A DNA stretch of 64,000 nt, taken from the NCBI GenBank assembly GCA_951406725.2, contig OX597814.1, positions 43,772,001 through 43,836,000 of the forward strand, given 5' to 3'. The notes beneath the pieces were generated by a model that was not told where the DNA came from, made no database searches, and was given only the letters and a program-made list of their open reading frames with translations. The DNA comes from Octopus vulgaris (lineage: Eukaryota). Each line of letters starts with the position of its first letter. The first letter of the stretch is position 1. This document shows, in pieces, positions 26,590 through 39,792 of the stretch. A program made the position numbers and the translations under genes.

Positions 26590-27110
26590 TAGTGACCTTT
26601 GAACTTTCCCGACCCACACTTTGAATAGTGTTGTCCACTGTGGTCTGCCCACACGAAACAAAGTATCATGAAAGTTGAACTACCTCAAAGGTCAATTACA
26701 AAAGCGATACATGACATTACAGGACGACTATTAGGGGCGACTAGAAAAGCTCAAACTTTATTCTTTTCAACGTCGCCGTGATCGTTACATCATCTGCAGT
26801 ATGTGGAAAATATTCCATCATCATTGCCCAAATGATATTGGTATCACCTTTAAAATACATCCAAGACTTGGGCCCCGTGTTATCCGACCAGGACATATGT
26901 CACATTCGCATTTCTCAAGACAACAATACGGCACAATTATTGCACCTGTATTGGCCCCGCTCTATTTAGCATTGCACCACAGCATATTAAAGCAGAAAGA
27001 GACCCCATGAAGTTCAACATATCTTTGGACAAATTCCTTCATATCCTAGACCAGGATATGTCTCCGTAAACAATAACTCTCTACTCGAGTGGGCCTTGTC
27101 CGATTTCTCA
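26590..27110 (+). mobile_element. CR1-group LINE 3' ORF2 relic
   Basis: RPTLE*CCPLWSAHTKQSIMKVELPQRSITK...RLEKLKLYSFQRRRDRYIICSMWKIF...HPRLG matches the CR1 C-terminal LEY...W.P...I..LE..QR and RL..L.L.SL.RRR motifs. Confidence 0.8.
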
Positions 27111-27374
27111 TTCAAATGACTTCGCCAGCTAGTGCTGAAAAAATTTATTACATTAGCATTGGTTCCCAGTAAAACAAAGCACCATGAGGTTAAATTATAA
27201 ATAACTTTTACACTGTTCTCGGTCCGTTTCAAACGAGTATATACTGGTATTGATGTAACGATATTTGAGATTCTATCGAGGTAAATCTAGCCGATGAGAA
27301 CTAATCAAATTTACGGTAAAGCAACTTAATTTTTAAAGTTCTAAATATATATATATGTATGTATATATATATAA

Positions 27375-27405
<31 letters not shown>

Positions 27406-27539
27406 TATATTATATTGAGGGTACTACTATTCGTAGATACCAACACGCTAAGAGGGACTAATGCGGTCAAAACTACTAAAAATAAACAAAATTTTACCGA
27501 ATGCAAAACTTCAAAACACATCATTTTAAAAAGAATTCA

Positions 27540-27603
27540 GTTACATATCACATGTGATTTCGCATTTAATGCAGAATATGCATTTCATGTTCGTCAGTGC
27601 AAC
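27540..27603 (-). ncRNA. Type I hammerhead ribozyme motif (left arm)
   Basis: Reverse complement of 28148-28211. Confidence 0.75.
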
Positions 27604-28147
27604 AAACTCAAGAAATATAAGAAAAAACATAACATAACAAACTCGATTGCCAACCGTAGAATTCGTCGTAGCTTGTACGAATGTTTATCCTTACATATCT
27701 ATGAAAATGGCGGGCTTTTTCGCAATGCATTTCGGTACAAATTGCCAATTCGGAATAAAAATTCAGTATTGAACTATTCCGGTGAAAAATATAAATTAAC
27801 AATTGAGGATAAAATCTTTAAAAGAAATTATCAGTAGTCAGCGTGAAAAACCTCGTAAGAGAAAAAATCCGTAAATTCTTCCTCTTTGAAAATATTAATT
27901 TATATTTATAGACTACTGATAATTTCTTTTAAAGATTTTATCCTCAATTGTTAATTTATATTTTTCACCGGAATAGTTCAATACTGAATTTTTATTCCGA
28001 CTAGGCAATTTGGTACCGAAATGCATTGCGAAAAAGCCCGCCATTTTCATAGATATGTAAGGATAAACATTCGTACAAGCTACGACGAATTCTACGGTTG
28101 GCTATCGAGTTTGTAATGTTATGTTTTTTCTTATATTTCTTGAGTTT

Positions 28148-28211
28148 GTTGCACTGACGAACATGAAATGCATATTCTGCATTAAATGCGAAATCACATG
28201 TGATATGTAAC
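28148..28211 (+). ncRNA. Type I hammerhead ribozyme motif (right arm)
   Basis: gttgca CTGACGA acatgaaatgcatattctgcattaaatgc GAAA tcacatgtga TA tgtaac. Stem I is gttgca/tgtaac, the core is intact, stem III is the 12-nt palindrome ATCACATGTGAT and the triplet is AUA. Confidence 0.75.
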
Positions 28212-28446
28212 TGAATTCTTTTTAAAATGATGTGTTTTGAAGTTTTGCATTCGGTAAATTTTTGTTTATTTTTAGTAGTTTTGACCGCATTGGTCCCTCT
28301 TAGCGTGTTGGTATCTACGAATAGTAGTACCCTCAATATAATATAAATGAATATTTTCAAAGAGGAAGAATTTACGGATTTTTTCTCTTACGAGGTTTTC
28401 ACGCTGACTACTGATAATTTCTTTTAAAGATTTTATCCTCAATTGT

Positions 28447-28491
<45 letters not shown>

Positions 28492-29392
28492 ATGGGTTGA
28501 TGGATAGACGGATGGATGCTGTATGCATGTATGTATATCAGTATGTATGTATGTATGCATGTATGTAAGTATGTTTGTATGTGTATATATGTATATAAAG
28601 TACATATGAATGCATGCATACATATTTTAGTGCATGAATACATACATATATAGAGAAATGCATAATTTTACAAATGGTCACCGATATTTGCGTCAATCGT
28701 AGAACTTATTTAGTGTGTGTTTATTCTGGTTTACTTATGCTTCATGTATACATATCAATAAATACAACCACACACAAGTTCATAAAAATCGACTTTATTC
28801 ATTTACTGTAACTATGTGTATTCCACTACATTGGTCGTTTTGTGTTGTGTTATGCGTAAACGAATGTATGTTTGTGCTTGTATGTGAGATTTGGTGATGT
28901 GTTTGCCGAGAAATACTCACGGGAAATATATCTTTGTTACAAAGAGATAAATGTGAAATGACATAAAATATTGTGTAGTCATCAGTAAAGAATAAGCTTT
29001 GGCAATTGCTAACGTATGCAACTACTACGGTTAGTAATAAGGAAAAAATAATTACACTTATCAGTAGCGGTATTAGCGTATTAGGAACCATTATTATTAG
29101 TATTATCAGTATTATTATAAGTCTTATTTATAATGAGAAAATATAGAAATAAAAATACATCATGATTATTCTTGTCGATATGTTGAATACAGCAATTCAT
29201 ATTCGAAGCTGTCAAAACATTTTACAATGTATAAATCAAATTAGATGGAATGAGATATTCCCCGTCAAAATGGGCATTGTCAATGACTCTTAACACTCAC
29301 AGAAACTCCCAACGAAGAATCAAACAATCAGCTCATTCATTGAACAATAACCGATTTGAAATATCTGTTGTAACTTAATTTCTGTTATGAGG

Positions 29393-29427
<35 letters not shown>

Positions 29428-29466
29428 TACACAAACACACATGTATACTTATATATATATGTATAT

Positions 29467-29890
29467 AGGCGCAGGTGTGGCTGTGTGGAAAGAAACTTGC
29501 TTCCCGGCCACATGGTTCCAGGTTCAGTCCCACTGCGTGGCATCTTGGGCATGTGTATTCCAATGTAGCCTCAGACCAACCAAAGCATTGTGAATTTGGT
29601 AGACAGAAACTGAAAGAAACCCATCGTATATATATTATATATATGTGTGTGTGTTTGTGTGTGTGTGTGTGTGCGTGTGTGTATGTGTTTGTATGTGTGT
29701 GTGTCTGTGTCTGTTTATATGTCTGTCTGTCTGTGTCTGTGTCTGTGCGTCTATATTTGTCCCCCACCATCGCTTGATAACCGATGTTGATGTGTTTATG
29801 TAACTTGGCGGTTCGACCCAAGACACCGACAGAATAGGTACTACGTTTACAAAGAATAAGTCCTGGGGTCGATTCGTTCGACTAAAGGTG
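29467..29890 (+). mobile_element. SINE family A, 3' end missing
   Basis: aggcgcaggtgtggctgtgtgg...catcttgggcatgtg...microsatellite...gtcctggggtcgattcgttcgactaaagg. Confidence 0.85.
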
Positions 29891-29959
29891 TTAATGCCAA
29901 AGTCAACTGGAATTAATAACATTTTCAGCTGATACAGTCATGGAAATGTTCATATATGC

Positions 29960-30720
29960 TTATAGAAAGAGGAAAATCAGTCCTCAAATCCAAAACCTGT
30001 GCATCAATAATCTCTCTATCTCCCCCATTCCACACCAAGATTGTTACTGGAACCTAAGCATAGACGAAAATGTATCGTATGAAGGCACTGTGAATAAAGA
30101 ATGACCCGAGAATATTTCACCACACGTAGGAAAATAGGGCCGTTGGAACTCCTCGTGGACTAAAACAATATCTCACGATGCATTTTCAGTACAGTGCTGA
30201 TACCAGCATTCGTGATACTTGATTGGTCTACAGAGGAAATCCACTCAATAAATATGAAAAATCCTGACAACTGAGAACTTCCACAAAAACAGTGATGTTG
30301 ACAGGCTTTCACCTAAGAAAAATGAAGGTAGGAGAGGCTTGAGATCAGGGAAGACGGCTTTCGAATGCCGTATGGCATCATTCGGGCAGCACCTGCTAAG
30401 TAACAGCAGCAAAACTAAATATATTTCTGTAGTCCTAAAAAGTGATGTAAGCAACATTGCGCGAGTTGGTAGTGAATTCCTCAAACTATATTGCCCCCAA
30501 ACAGCTTGGCTCTCTTACCCCAGAGAAGAGGTGGATGGAAAGCACTCAGCATGGGTATGTTGCTCGAAAGCTTGAAGAAGACAGTAGAATTGACACGAAG
30601 TGCACCCTCTCTTGGACACAAGACTGCTATATCACATCACACTTTGAAGGCTATCCGTTTGCAATGCAGGAACAAAATATTGCCACAAAGTACCGGGTGA
30701 ACAAGAGAGACAGTGATGTT
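29960..30720 (+). pseudogene. R4/Dong-like LINE RT C-terminal relic
   Basis: FHKNSDVDRL..R..GRGL, FECRMASFGQHLL, WMESTQHGY..SWTQDCYITSHFEGYPFAMQEQNIATKY, with frameshifts. Confidence 0.75.
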
Positions 30721-31108
30721 CTTGTAATCCCAGGTTTCAACCGCATGTGTAGCCCCAGGAGGACACCTCCTCTAGTTGGCTGTTGACACACTTTCTGTGC
30801 CCTATCAGTATTTGCAAAGGGAAGCCATCCTTCCCATCTTCAATCTGACATGATACACACGGAATCGAGTTTCCGGGTATTGACCCGTCATCTGCGTGTG
30901 ACAATCACTGACTGCCAATGAAAAGTGGGTTCGCTTTGCAAATATATATCCTTTTTCCAGTGACGAAATCTCACTGATATCGAAAAAGTATAAACAAGCA
31001 ATAATAAATCTCTGAGCGAGTTATAAACAGTAGCTGCACGATATCGTGAAGTACATTTGCCACTTAAATGTAGCATCCACCCTTAAGGATGGATGTATAT
31101 AACTTACT

Positions 31109-31150
<42 letters not shown>

Positions 31151-31172
<22 letters not shown>

Positions 31173-31292
31173 AGTGAATTGAAGAAATGGAGTTGAACGA
31201 AGATTGAACAGAAATCGTTTTATTGCATTCTACACGTGTTTCGAAAGGCACAATTTACCAAATTGATTAATCTGCAACAAGATTATTCATCT
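31151..31292 (-). mobile_element. 5'-truncated pLTR-like fragment of the 41025-42791 family with partial hammerhead, between two (TA)n tracts
   Basis: Minus strand: aGATGA ataatct...cctttc GAAAC ACGT GT A gaatgc AATAAA...TCGTTCAACTCCATTTCTT, homologous to 42664-42780. Confidence 0.7.
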
Positions 31293-31295
31293 TTC

Positions 31296-31399
<104 letters not shown>

Positions 31400-32409
31400 A
31401 TGTATACATACATGTATTCCAGATTATACCGTTATTTCTGCATTTTCATTCTCGCATGTCAAAATTAGTATCAGATTTCACAGGAAAACAGGTATTTTTC
31501 TGCTTTATGCAGGATTTTACCTTTTCTAGTTCAATTTCGAAAGAAAAATATCCCAAATCATAAGCTGATTCTCACAATTTCAACAATGGAGATCATTTAC
31601 ATAACTGATTCGATTTTCAATGAAATTTCTAATGACATTTATTCATGGTGAGATAGTATTGATACACCGAAATACTTCATCTCAGCTGATTTCAACAAAT
31701 CGTCGATAAATGTCTTCAACGAATTCGAGTATTATGATTACAATTTTTTCATTGTAGTATTGATGCAGTCTCCAAGAGATCTGTAAAATTTAAATGATTG
31801 CAAATTTATACAACTGATTATTTATTAGTAAAATGTTATTGGAAATCATTATTTATGTCTGCTCATTACATATTTTATGGTCATTATAGATCACTTGTAA
31901 ATACATATGTATATTATCATTATTGTTGCCTAATCAATATATGATTAGAATATATCCAGTTTCGCAGATCAATCAGTATGAGCGGTTTCCTTTGGTTATC
32001 GACTGTATTATTTGTGTCAAGTGAAAGTAATACAATAGAAAATCAATACGAATATAGAACACATTTAAAAACTTAAATCGCAAAATTGAATTACCCAAAG
32101 ATGTCATTCGAATGTAAACAATCTCGAATTATCGTTAACAAACTTTAAGCATAGGCAATGAGAAAAATACAACGGTAGCACAATGATAAATATAATTTAA
32201 TAAGTTAGGCTCTTCGCGTTCATTTCACCACATTGGCATCAAAATAGAGAGAAGACAATTTCTGATTTGAGTGTCACTATTTTTGTAGGCATATCATAAG
32301 CAAATGAAAAAATATTTATAAAATACTGAGATTACTTACTCTGTGATTATACTACATAATAGTTAATTCAGTTTTCCATTAGAGTTCCTTCTGAATCATA
32401 GGCTCATAC

Positions 32410-32590
32410 GACCGTTTTCCATCACAGGATTACAAATTTTTACCACCTGGGAAGACTCAAGCTGCGTGAAATGAAACGTTTTAATCATGAACACAACGCA
32501 TCACCTGGTCTTCCAATCGAAACAGCAACCTTACTATCATGGCTGTAATATCCCTAACCAATCCCTAACCATTAAGTCACGTGCCTCTGA
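32410..32590 (-). mobile_element. Old tRNA/CORE SINE
   Basis: Minus strand: agaggcacgtgacttaatggttaggg...gtttcgattgg...gtgttcatgattaaaacgtttcatttcacgc. Confidence 0.55.
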
Positions 32591-35500
32591 AATTTAAGGT
32601 TAACAGATTTAATATATTCATCGTCAAACATCAATATCATTCAGATACTTTTTTTAATATGGTATTATTTGACACCTACTCGAATACAATATGGTATATG
32701 CATCTAGTCATTGTTTCAATGGTAAGATCGATATAGTGTGTGACTCGTTGCCGACGTTGCACAAGTACGACTCATGTCGAGAATCGACAAATCTTTTCGA
32801 AGGCAGGATGTTTTATTATTAATTTAATAAATTCTTTGTTTGTCTAGATTTTGTCAGTATATTTAAGTGGTTTCTATCAAAAATATTAGCTATTAATAAT
32901 TTTGGGTTTATAAAACAACATATGTGAGTATTCTTTGAATAATCCCTCTTCATCTACGTTTACGAATGCCCTTTCTTGTAAATATTCGTTGTTATACACG
33001 CAGTCTCTTTTTGACAGGTATTTGAAGTATTAAAAGATTGGTAGTGTGTTCCGATTTGGTAGTCAGATAATTCGCAAGATATAATATCAAAGAAGCCCGT
33101 GAAAATAATGAAATTAAATAGTGCTACAATATATTTATAAATAAACATTATGTAATGTACTCTGCATAATCTGTATTAAATCTAAATGAACTTTATGCAA
33201 CTGAGGTTACATTTATTTAACGGTATTCTGTTATAATTCGACTATAGTTCGATAGTTTTTTGTCTGTTCAGATTTAAATTATTTATGCAATTAGATAAGT
33301 AGAAAATTGGATTTTGATCAGCGCTAAATTTAACACAGTCTTATCTAATATGCAAAATGCACATTTTAATTACAGCTGATATAATCTTTATAAGTCTCTC
33401 TACGATATTTGTATAATCTTTATAAATCTCTCTCCGATATTTGTACGCAGTATGTAAGACTAGATCTTAAAAAATTACAATTGAAAATAATCCCAGGTTT
33501 ACTGCTGTAATTGTTGCATAACTTCGGATTCCAACCCTTGTATATTATATAAATATATTTAGATCTTCAATTTACCAAATATCTGTTGAATAAGTAAATA
33601 TTCCCATTTTCTCTCTCGTAATTTATACACCATACACACTCTAAAACTTAATATATGCTATCATCCTCAGCAGAACCTCAGTCATCAGACCTATTGGATT
33701 TATATAAGAAATATTTTTTTGTTTGCACGCCAGCTGAAGCATGTCATTAATTAGCAATCCAGAGCATTAATGCAGATTTAACAAATTTGAATATTTCATA
33801 AATTCAAACTTTCAGGCAGTTGTTCCGAAGACAATATTTCGTACATCAATAGTGCATCCACTAGTATTATTTTGAGCTATGCCATTTCATAAAAAGATGA
33901 CGAGAAAAAGTAGGAAAATAAAATGATATGATAATGACGATGACGACGACGACGACGACAACGATGGAGAAGAAGTCGACGACGAAGATGACATTCTGAT
34001 TTGATATCTTGCCGAGGCTAACATTACCTGTCGTCTTTTCGGAGTCGATGAAATATAATACAGTCAAATATTGGGGTCGTTGTCATTGACCTGCTTTCTC
34101 GTCTCAAAATTGCGGCCTTGAGCCAAAATCAGAAAGAATTACTTTCAGGTTAACGTGGGTGCGACAAAGTCTCAAGCACTGAAACAGCCAGTCAGTTTTT
34201 GTATTTTGTTTTCTTTTTGCGGTGGTGGTGGTGGTTTGGGGTTGTCATGAGTGAATGAAACTTTATACATAAAACAAGTTGTTTGCATATCTAATCTCTT
34301 TAAAAGAGTTATATATGAAAGGTGGGCAATAATGTCACTGAATTTTGAACCTGTTTACAAACGCTGTTTATTGGATGCTTTTCGTCAACGAAATTATTTT
34401 TGCTGTATACTACACTGTGAGCAAATTCGTCTGTGACGTAATTTACGTTTAAGTGAGCTGCGAGCGTTAATAGTATGATTGTATATTTAGAGAAGAGTTA
34501 TTTATTCTTGTTGTGATCGCAATTTCTTCAAACGATTCGTATTAGTAAAATGGGTGCTTAAAGCAATGACGCGAACGTCACGTTACCATTTCAGAGAAAT
34601 AAAATTACATCACTATATATCAACTGATTCGTCAGCCAAATGATAAAAGCTTGAAAGTCAACCTTATAAATCAGTTAAACGGTGACTATGTCATAAACGT
34701 GAGACCATCAAAGCTATGTTTGTATTACACAGACGGCTTTTGCAAAATTCCAAATATTTATTGATTCGATTTTATCTTTTCAGAATTATAATTTAATGTA
34801 AACTGCTATTGATCTTTGTTTAAAGTTTGCTTATAGGGAACTCTATACACCTGTTTTTAAATAGGCGTTAGTTTGTTTCGCACTTCAACCAGTTTAGGTT
34901 GATTTTGGTTTCCATCACGTTGTCGATATGAATGTATAACTCTAAAATTAATCCCAATATAATCTACACAACTGCAAATTTTGAAATTTCCCCCAACAAA
35001 AATCAATGAAATTAAAATGGTTAGAAATTCAATATTTTATTTATTTATTTTTATTTTTTATTTTTTTGGTAGTTTGCAGGATATACTGCAACAATGAATA
35101 TTTATCGGCTACAGAATGGGAGTTCGACGTATTTTCAATACAGGCAGTTCTAATTTCTTATAATATATTCATCATTCAAAATTATCAGAGTGATTTAGGA
35201 AAATTCATTAATGTATCATAGTGGCTATATGTATGTAAGTAAATATTATTTTTATATAAAAGCAAATGCAAAATTGACTAAATTCACTTTACGGCTTTTG
35301 ATAATTCCTTTTGCAGACAAGATAATGCACATAGTTCCGCACATTAGATTTCTGTAAATATTAAACATTTATTTAATCTAATGGTATAGATCTAGAGATA
35401 CTTAAGGATCCATATCATTATAAGAGTAAAATCAATAGATTTGTTATGGCCTCTAAAAGGAACAACTACTTGTTAAATTGTATATAGACAGTACAAATAT

Positions 35501-35779
35501 CTGTAATTATACAAATCCTATAAAGACCGCAAAAGTTGCATAATTTCAGTTACTAATGTTGGGATTAAAGATGTAGCAACTGTTACTATGCAATTCAGCC
35601 ATTTGTCCTTCTTACTTCGCGAAGTTCGCTTTTATTTCTATTTTCAACGTCGGTAAGATTTCTATCTGTACACATCAATCAGGTAATGTACTGTGAGATA
35701 TTAACTAATTTCCTTTATTGTCAAACTACATACTAACGTATACGTAGATTTGACTCTCTCCCTCTTTCATTCTTTCTCT

Positions 35780-35816
<37 letters not shown>

Positions 35817-35829
35817 CCTGTATATGTAT

Positions 35830-35878
<49 letters not shown>

Positions 35879-36376
35879 CATGTTCTCTAATCTGCAAGCT
35901 TCGATGCAGATAATTATTTTCTGCAGAATCATTTCCGGCTTCGGCGCGCCAAAACGAATATATCTCCAAATATAATTTAGTTAGTTAGTTAGTTAGTTAA
36001 TGTTTTGGCTCAAAAAGCAAAAAGCAAGGCTATGTAGGGGGACATGGAGTTATGTACAGGGTGGTGTTCATGTAAAGAATTCTGGCCATTTGAGGTCAAG
36101 GGAGACTTTGAACCGAGCGGTCGTCGGCATCTTCACCATCTCGTCTGGCAGCTTATTCCACGGATCCGCAACCCGGACGGAGAAAGCCCCTCTCCTTCGA
36201 TTGAGATGAAATCGTCGCAGATAGAGCTTTTCGGAATGACCCCGCAGCCGACGCTCTGGAGCGGGAGTGAAGAACAGCTCTTTCGAGACGTTACACTTTC
36301 CGCTTATGATGTTGTGAGCAAGAATGAGATCACCACGGCGTCGTCGTTTTTCTAGAGAATAAAGGTCGAACTTTTT

Positions 36377-37336
36377 TCAGCCTTTCTTCATAACTTGAGC
36401 GACCAGTTTGCCATCGTCGGCAAATAGAAGGGTGTGTTGCGTGAGGTCGTCGGGCAAGTCATTTATGAAGACTAAGAAAAATAAGGACCCAAGCACTGAA
36501 CCTTGAGGCACGCCACTGCTCGCACTGGAGACGTCGGACCGCGAATCATTAACTTGGACTTGGAAGGAGCGATCTGAGTGGAAGGCACCAACCCATCGTA
36601 CAACATCCAAATGGAAACTATATGCTTGAAGCTTGACAAGTAATAGGCGGTGGTTTACCGAGTCAAAAGCTTTGGCAAAGTCCAATAAAACAATGTCAAC
36701 AGCATCACTATCATCGAGGATGCGCGTCACCAATTCTTCCATTACCAGTAAGTTGGTCAAGCACGATCTCTTCGGCACGAAGCCGTGTTGGAAATCAGAG
36801 ATAGAGGCTGTGTTTTGGAGGTGGAGCATCATACTTTTCTTAAGGATGGTTTCGAATATCTTGCTGATTATTGATGTAAGGGAAACCGGTCGGTTGTTAA
36901 GCGGATCATCGCGGCTCCCTTTCTTGAAAATTGGGCTGATTATCGCTGTTCTCCAGTCCACAGGTATAACACCTGTCGCCAATGACATATTGAATAGACG
37001 TGTTAAGGACTCGCTGATGACCGGAGCCAACACTTTGATAACCCGTGGGTGTATGCCGTTAGGGCCGTGACCCTTGTTGACATCGAGGCCTTGAATAACG
37101 CGTTCGACTTCGTCCCGCGTGATGACCAATCGAAGCATTGGTGGTACCGATCTATCAAATGGAGGGGGTTCACGACCATCATCTTGTTTGAAAATAGTTG
37201 AAAAAGCAGCCTCGGCAAATAATTGACTCTGTTGATAAGGGTCCTCAATCATTAGTGGGTAGAATATCGCTGGATGGTTTGAGATCAGATTTAACATACA
37301 CAGCAACACCTCCACCTCGCCTTTTTTCTCTGTCAC
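36377..37336 (-). pseudogene. CR1 ORF2 reverse transcriptase (partial, fused to APE by deletion)
   Basis: KGHGPNGIHPRVIK, PIFKKGSR..NNRPVSLTS, QHGFVPKRSCLTNL, LDFAKAFDSVNH, GVPQGSVLG, LFADD. Confidence 0.95.
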
Positions 37337-37500
37337 ATCTGAAGAGAGCGTAGCTCTGTAGGTGGATTTCTGAGTCCTTTACTGCTGGAGTCAGCCAAGT
37401 CTCAGTGATAGCTATCACATCAGGGGAATCACGCATGGCTAGTGTAAATAGTTCGCTGGAAATAAGGAGCACGAGTTGGTATAAACGATGCTGAGCTGTG
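37245..37500 (-). pseudogene. CR1 ORF2 APE endonuclease N-terminal fragment
   Basis: PDVIAITETWL...YALFRCDREKRRGGGVAVYVK. Confidence 0.9.
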
Positions 37501-38440
37501 AAGTTTGAGGGGTGGGAGTTGGGGAACAAGCAGAATAAGGGGTATCAGAGATATCATCGTTAACGGGGGTATCTACTTTACTTCGATTCGCCCTCAATTC
37601 ACTTTCCCTGTCAGCACTACAGCATGCGACCAGAGGTAGGACTTGATTATTTGTCCATCTTGGATGCGTAGACCCTTCTCTCCCATCTGTTTTCTCATCT
37701 TCAGTTTGGATATTAGGTTTCTCCGGCGAATTCTCTCTCTCAGTGAGTATTCCTCGCGAAAACCCATATTGGGGTCCTCCCAGGCATGCATCTGAGCTCT
37801 GTTCAGTAAAGGTTGAAGCCTCCTGATCGGAAGAAAAAATTACTCTTATTGGGCGTGGTCTAGTATCTGAGGTTGAGTTCGCTTGGAATCTTCCTAGCCG
37901 AGCGACCTTATGGATACTGACATTTTCGTTGACAGAGAACAGTTCTCCAACTAAAACGGAAACAAAATTTATGTCTTCTTTTAAGCGGTTTATGCCTGTA
38001 TCACAGGTGGATTCAGCTTTACCATAAATGATTGCTGATCTTGAGTGGGAAAAATGGTCTTTCTTTTCTCTACTATGAGCTGCGGCATTCGATTCTTCGT
38101 TGGATGATTTCGAAAGGGTTGTTTCATAGCCATCAGACTTATGTCGGCCTTTGGGGTCGATCGGAATGGGTTTAGTGGTCATAACTTTCCCACCTGGTTT
38201 GGAACTGCACTGCCTCTTCTTCGGTTTGGGGGAGCACCACTCCCCAGATGAACTCACATCAAGATCGTTCAGAATTGGTTGAGCAATGGCATTAATGGGA
38301 AGGACAATTGAATGAGAATCCAAACAGATTTTAAAGTGAGCAGGTTTCGTAGCTAAATCTGCCCCACTGGAGTTTTGACTACGTTTCTGCTTTTTGGGAG
38401 AACAACGGTCTTCATGTGGGTTTGAGTTTACGCTCCTCAA
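37439..38440 (-). pseudogene. CR1 ORF1 (frameshifted near C-terminus)
   Basis: RSAIIYGKAES...IHKVARLGRF...RPRPIRVIF. It continues in another frame as FREEYSLRERIRRRNLISKLKMRKQMGEKGLRIQDGQII (37594-37791), typical of CR1/Jockey-group ORF1. Confidence 0.8.
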
Positions 38441-38941
38441 ATTAGGTTGGGGAACCTCCAGGACCGAAAAGGCAGATGAGGAAGAATCCGCACAGGAACG
38501 ATCATGTGCAGAACTACATGCATGTTCTCTCTTGGGGGGACGTTTCGTGTATAGTTCTGCAAATTATATTTTCTATGACGGTCATACTGAGGATTTGCAG
38601 ACATTTACGTATGTAACAATAAAATCATGGTATGTGACTAATCATTATATTTTGTATCAATTCACTTGTCTTGCTCGCTTACGTTCTGGCGTTTTACAGA
38701 ATTTTCTTGAGAACAATTATTCTGAGTGGTTAGACTATATGGGGTCTCCATTTAGCATATTAGGAGTCCACATAGTGGTCTTTCCTCTTATATTTATATA
38801 TATGTGTGTGTGTGTGTGTATTTGTATCAGGAATTGAAATTTCACAGCGTATATGCAAGGTTTATTTTACGTTAGAGATAGGCGCGCGCACACACACGCT
38901 CACAGACACACATATATGTATATATATGTGTGTGTGTGTGT

Positions 38942-38996
<55 letters not shown>

Positions 38997-39064
38997 GTAA
39001 TAATAATAATTCGTGGTGTGTGGATGGAATTTATGCGAGCTCAAAAACTTACAGAATATATGCA

Positions 39065-39385
39065 GAGATCTCCTTGGGTCATGACTGACCATGGGATTGC
39101 ACCTAGAAAGTTACCTTCCTAGGCAAAAGTCCCGACTAGTTTGTTTGTGGAAGACCAGCAGTCGCCCATGCATACCGGCCTCTCCCTTCCACGCTATCAC
39201 TGTTATCCAAGGGAAAGGCAAAGCCCGATACAGCTTGGCACCTGTGACGTCGCAACTCATTTCTACAGCTGAGTGAACTGGAGTAACGTGAAATAAAGTG
39301 TTTTGCTCAAGAACAAACCACGCAGCCCTGTCCGGGATTCGATCTCACAACCTCACGATCGTAAACTCAACGCTCTAACTACAGG
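39065..39385 (-). mobile_element. tRNA/CORE SINE, family D
   Basis: Minus strand: gtagttagagcg..gagatcgaatccc (B box)..ttcttgagcaaaacactttatttcacg (CORE-like), then a distinct GC-rich body. Confidence 0.75.
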
Positions 39386-39462
39386 ATATATATATCCTAT
39401 ACACACACACTCACGCACAAACACAAACACACACACACACATACACACACATACACACACAA

Positions 39463-39501
<39 letters not shown>

Positions 39502-39508
<7 letters not shown>

Positions 39509-39792
39509 ATCACGTGACCGACCAGACCATCAGATGTTGTTACACATCGCTGGTCACAATGCGTTCGCATTGTTTTAGCCTTTGAATGACGCCACCCCAC
39601 TGACTAAACGAGCAGGCCAACAGAAGAAAGATTGAAAGAAAGAGTGGTGAAATAGTACAGCAGGGTTCACCACCCCCTGCCGGAGCCTCGTGGAGCTTTT
39701 AAGGTATTTTCGCTCAATAAACACTCACAACGCTCGGTCTGGGAATCGAAACTGCGATCCTACGACCGCCGAGTCCGCTGCCCTAACCACTA
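39502..39792 (-). mobile_element. SINE with family B head and a third, unrelated 3' body
   Basis: The head matches 46968-47355 up to ...tttcaccactct, then continues tctgttggcctgctcg...gaccagcgatgtgtaacaacatctgatggtctggtcggtcacgtgatcacgtgat into (TA)n. Confidence 0.8.

Larger units (their letters stand above)
27403..28449. mobile_element. Head-to-head inverted PLE pLTR-like / retrozyme-like element with 495-bp circularly permuted monomer
   Basis: 27403-27839 is the near-perfect reverse complement of 27911-28348. 27840-27907 is the reverse complement of ~28340-28405. 27911-27954 is directly repeated at 28406-28449. Both ends run into TA tracts, and each arm has a hammerhead. Confidence 0.85.
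35977..38530 (-). mobile_element. CR1-group LINE with ORF1, APE and RT, internally deleted; (TAAC)n 3' tail
   Basis: A GC-richer block with sharp edges; the tail ttagttagttag is at 35977-36000. The coding parts are listed separately. Confidence 0.92.

Noticed and set aside
27355-27837. 160-aa ORF (and its mirror 28001-28360)
   Set aside because: It starts in a TA microsatellite, lies antisense to the hammerhead strand and has no recognisable motif. Its mirror copy is frameshifted.
36633-37070. 145-aa plus-strand ORF
   Set aside because: Antisense shadow of the CR1 reverse transcriptase frame.
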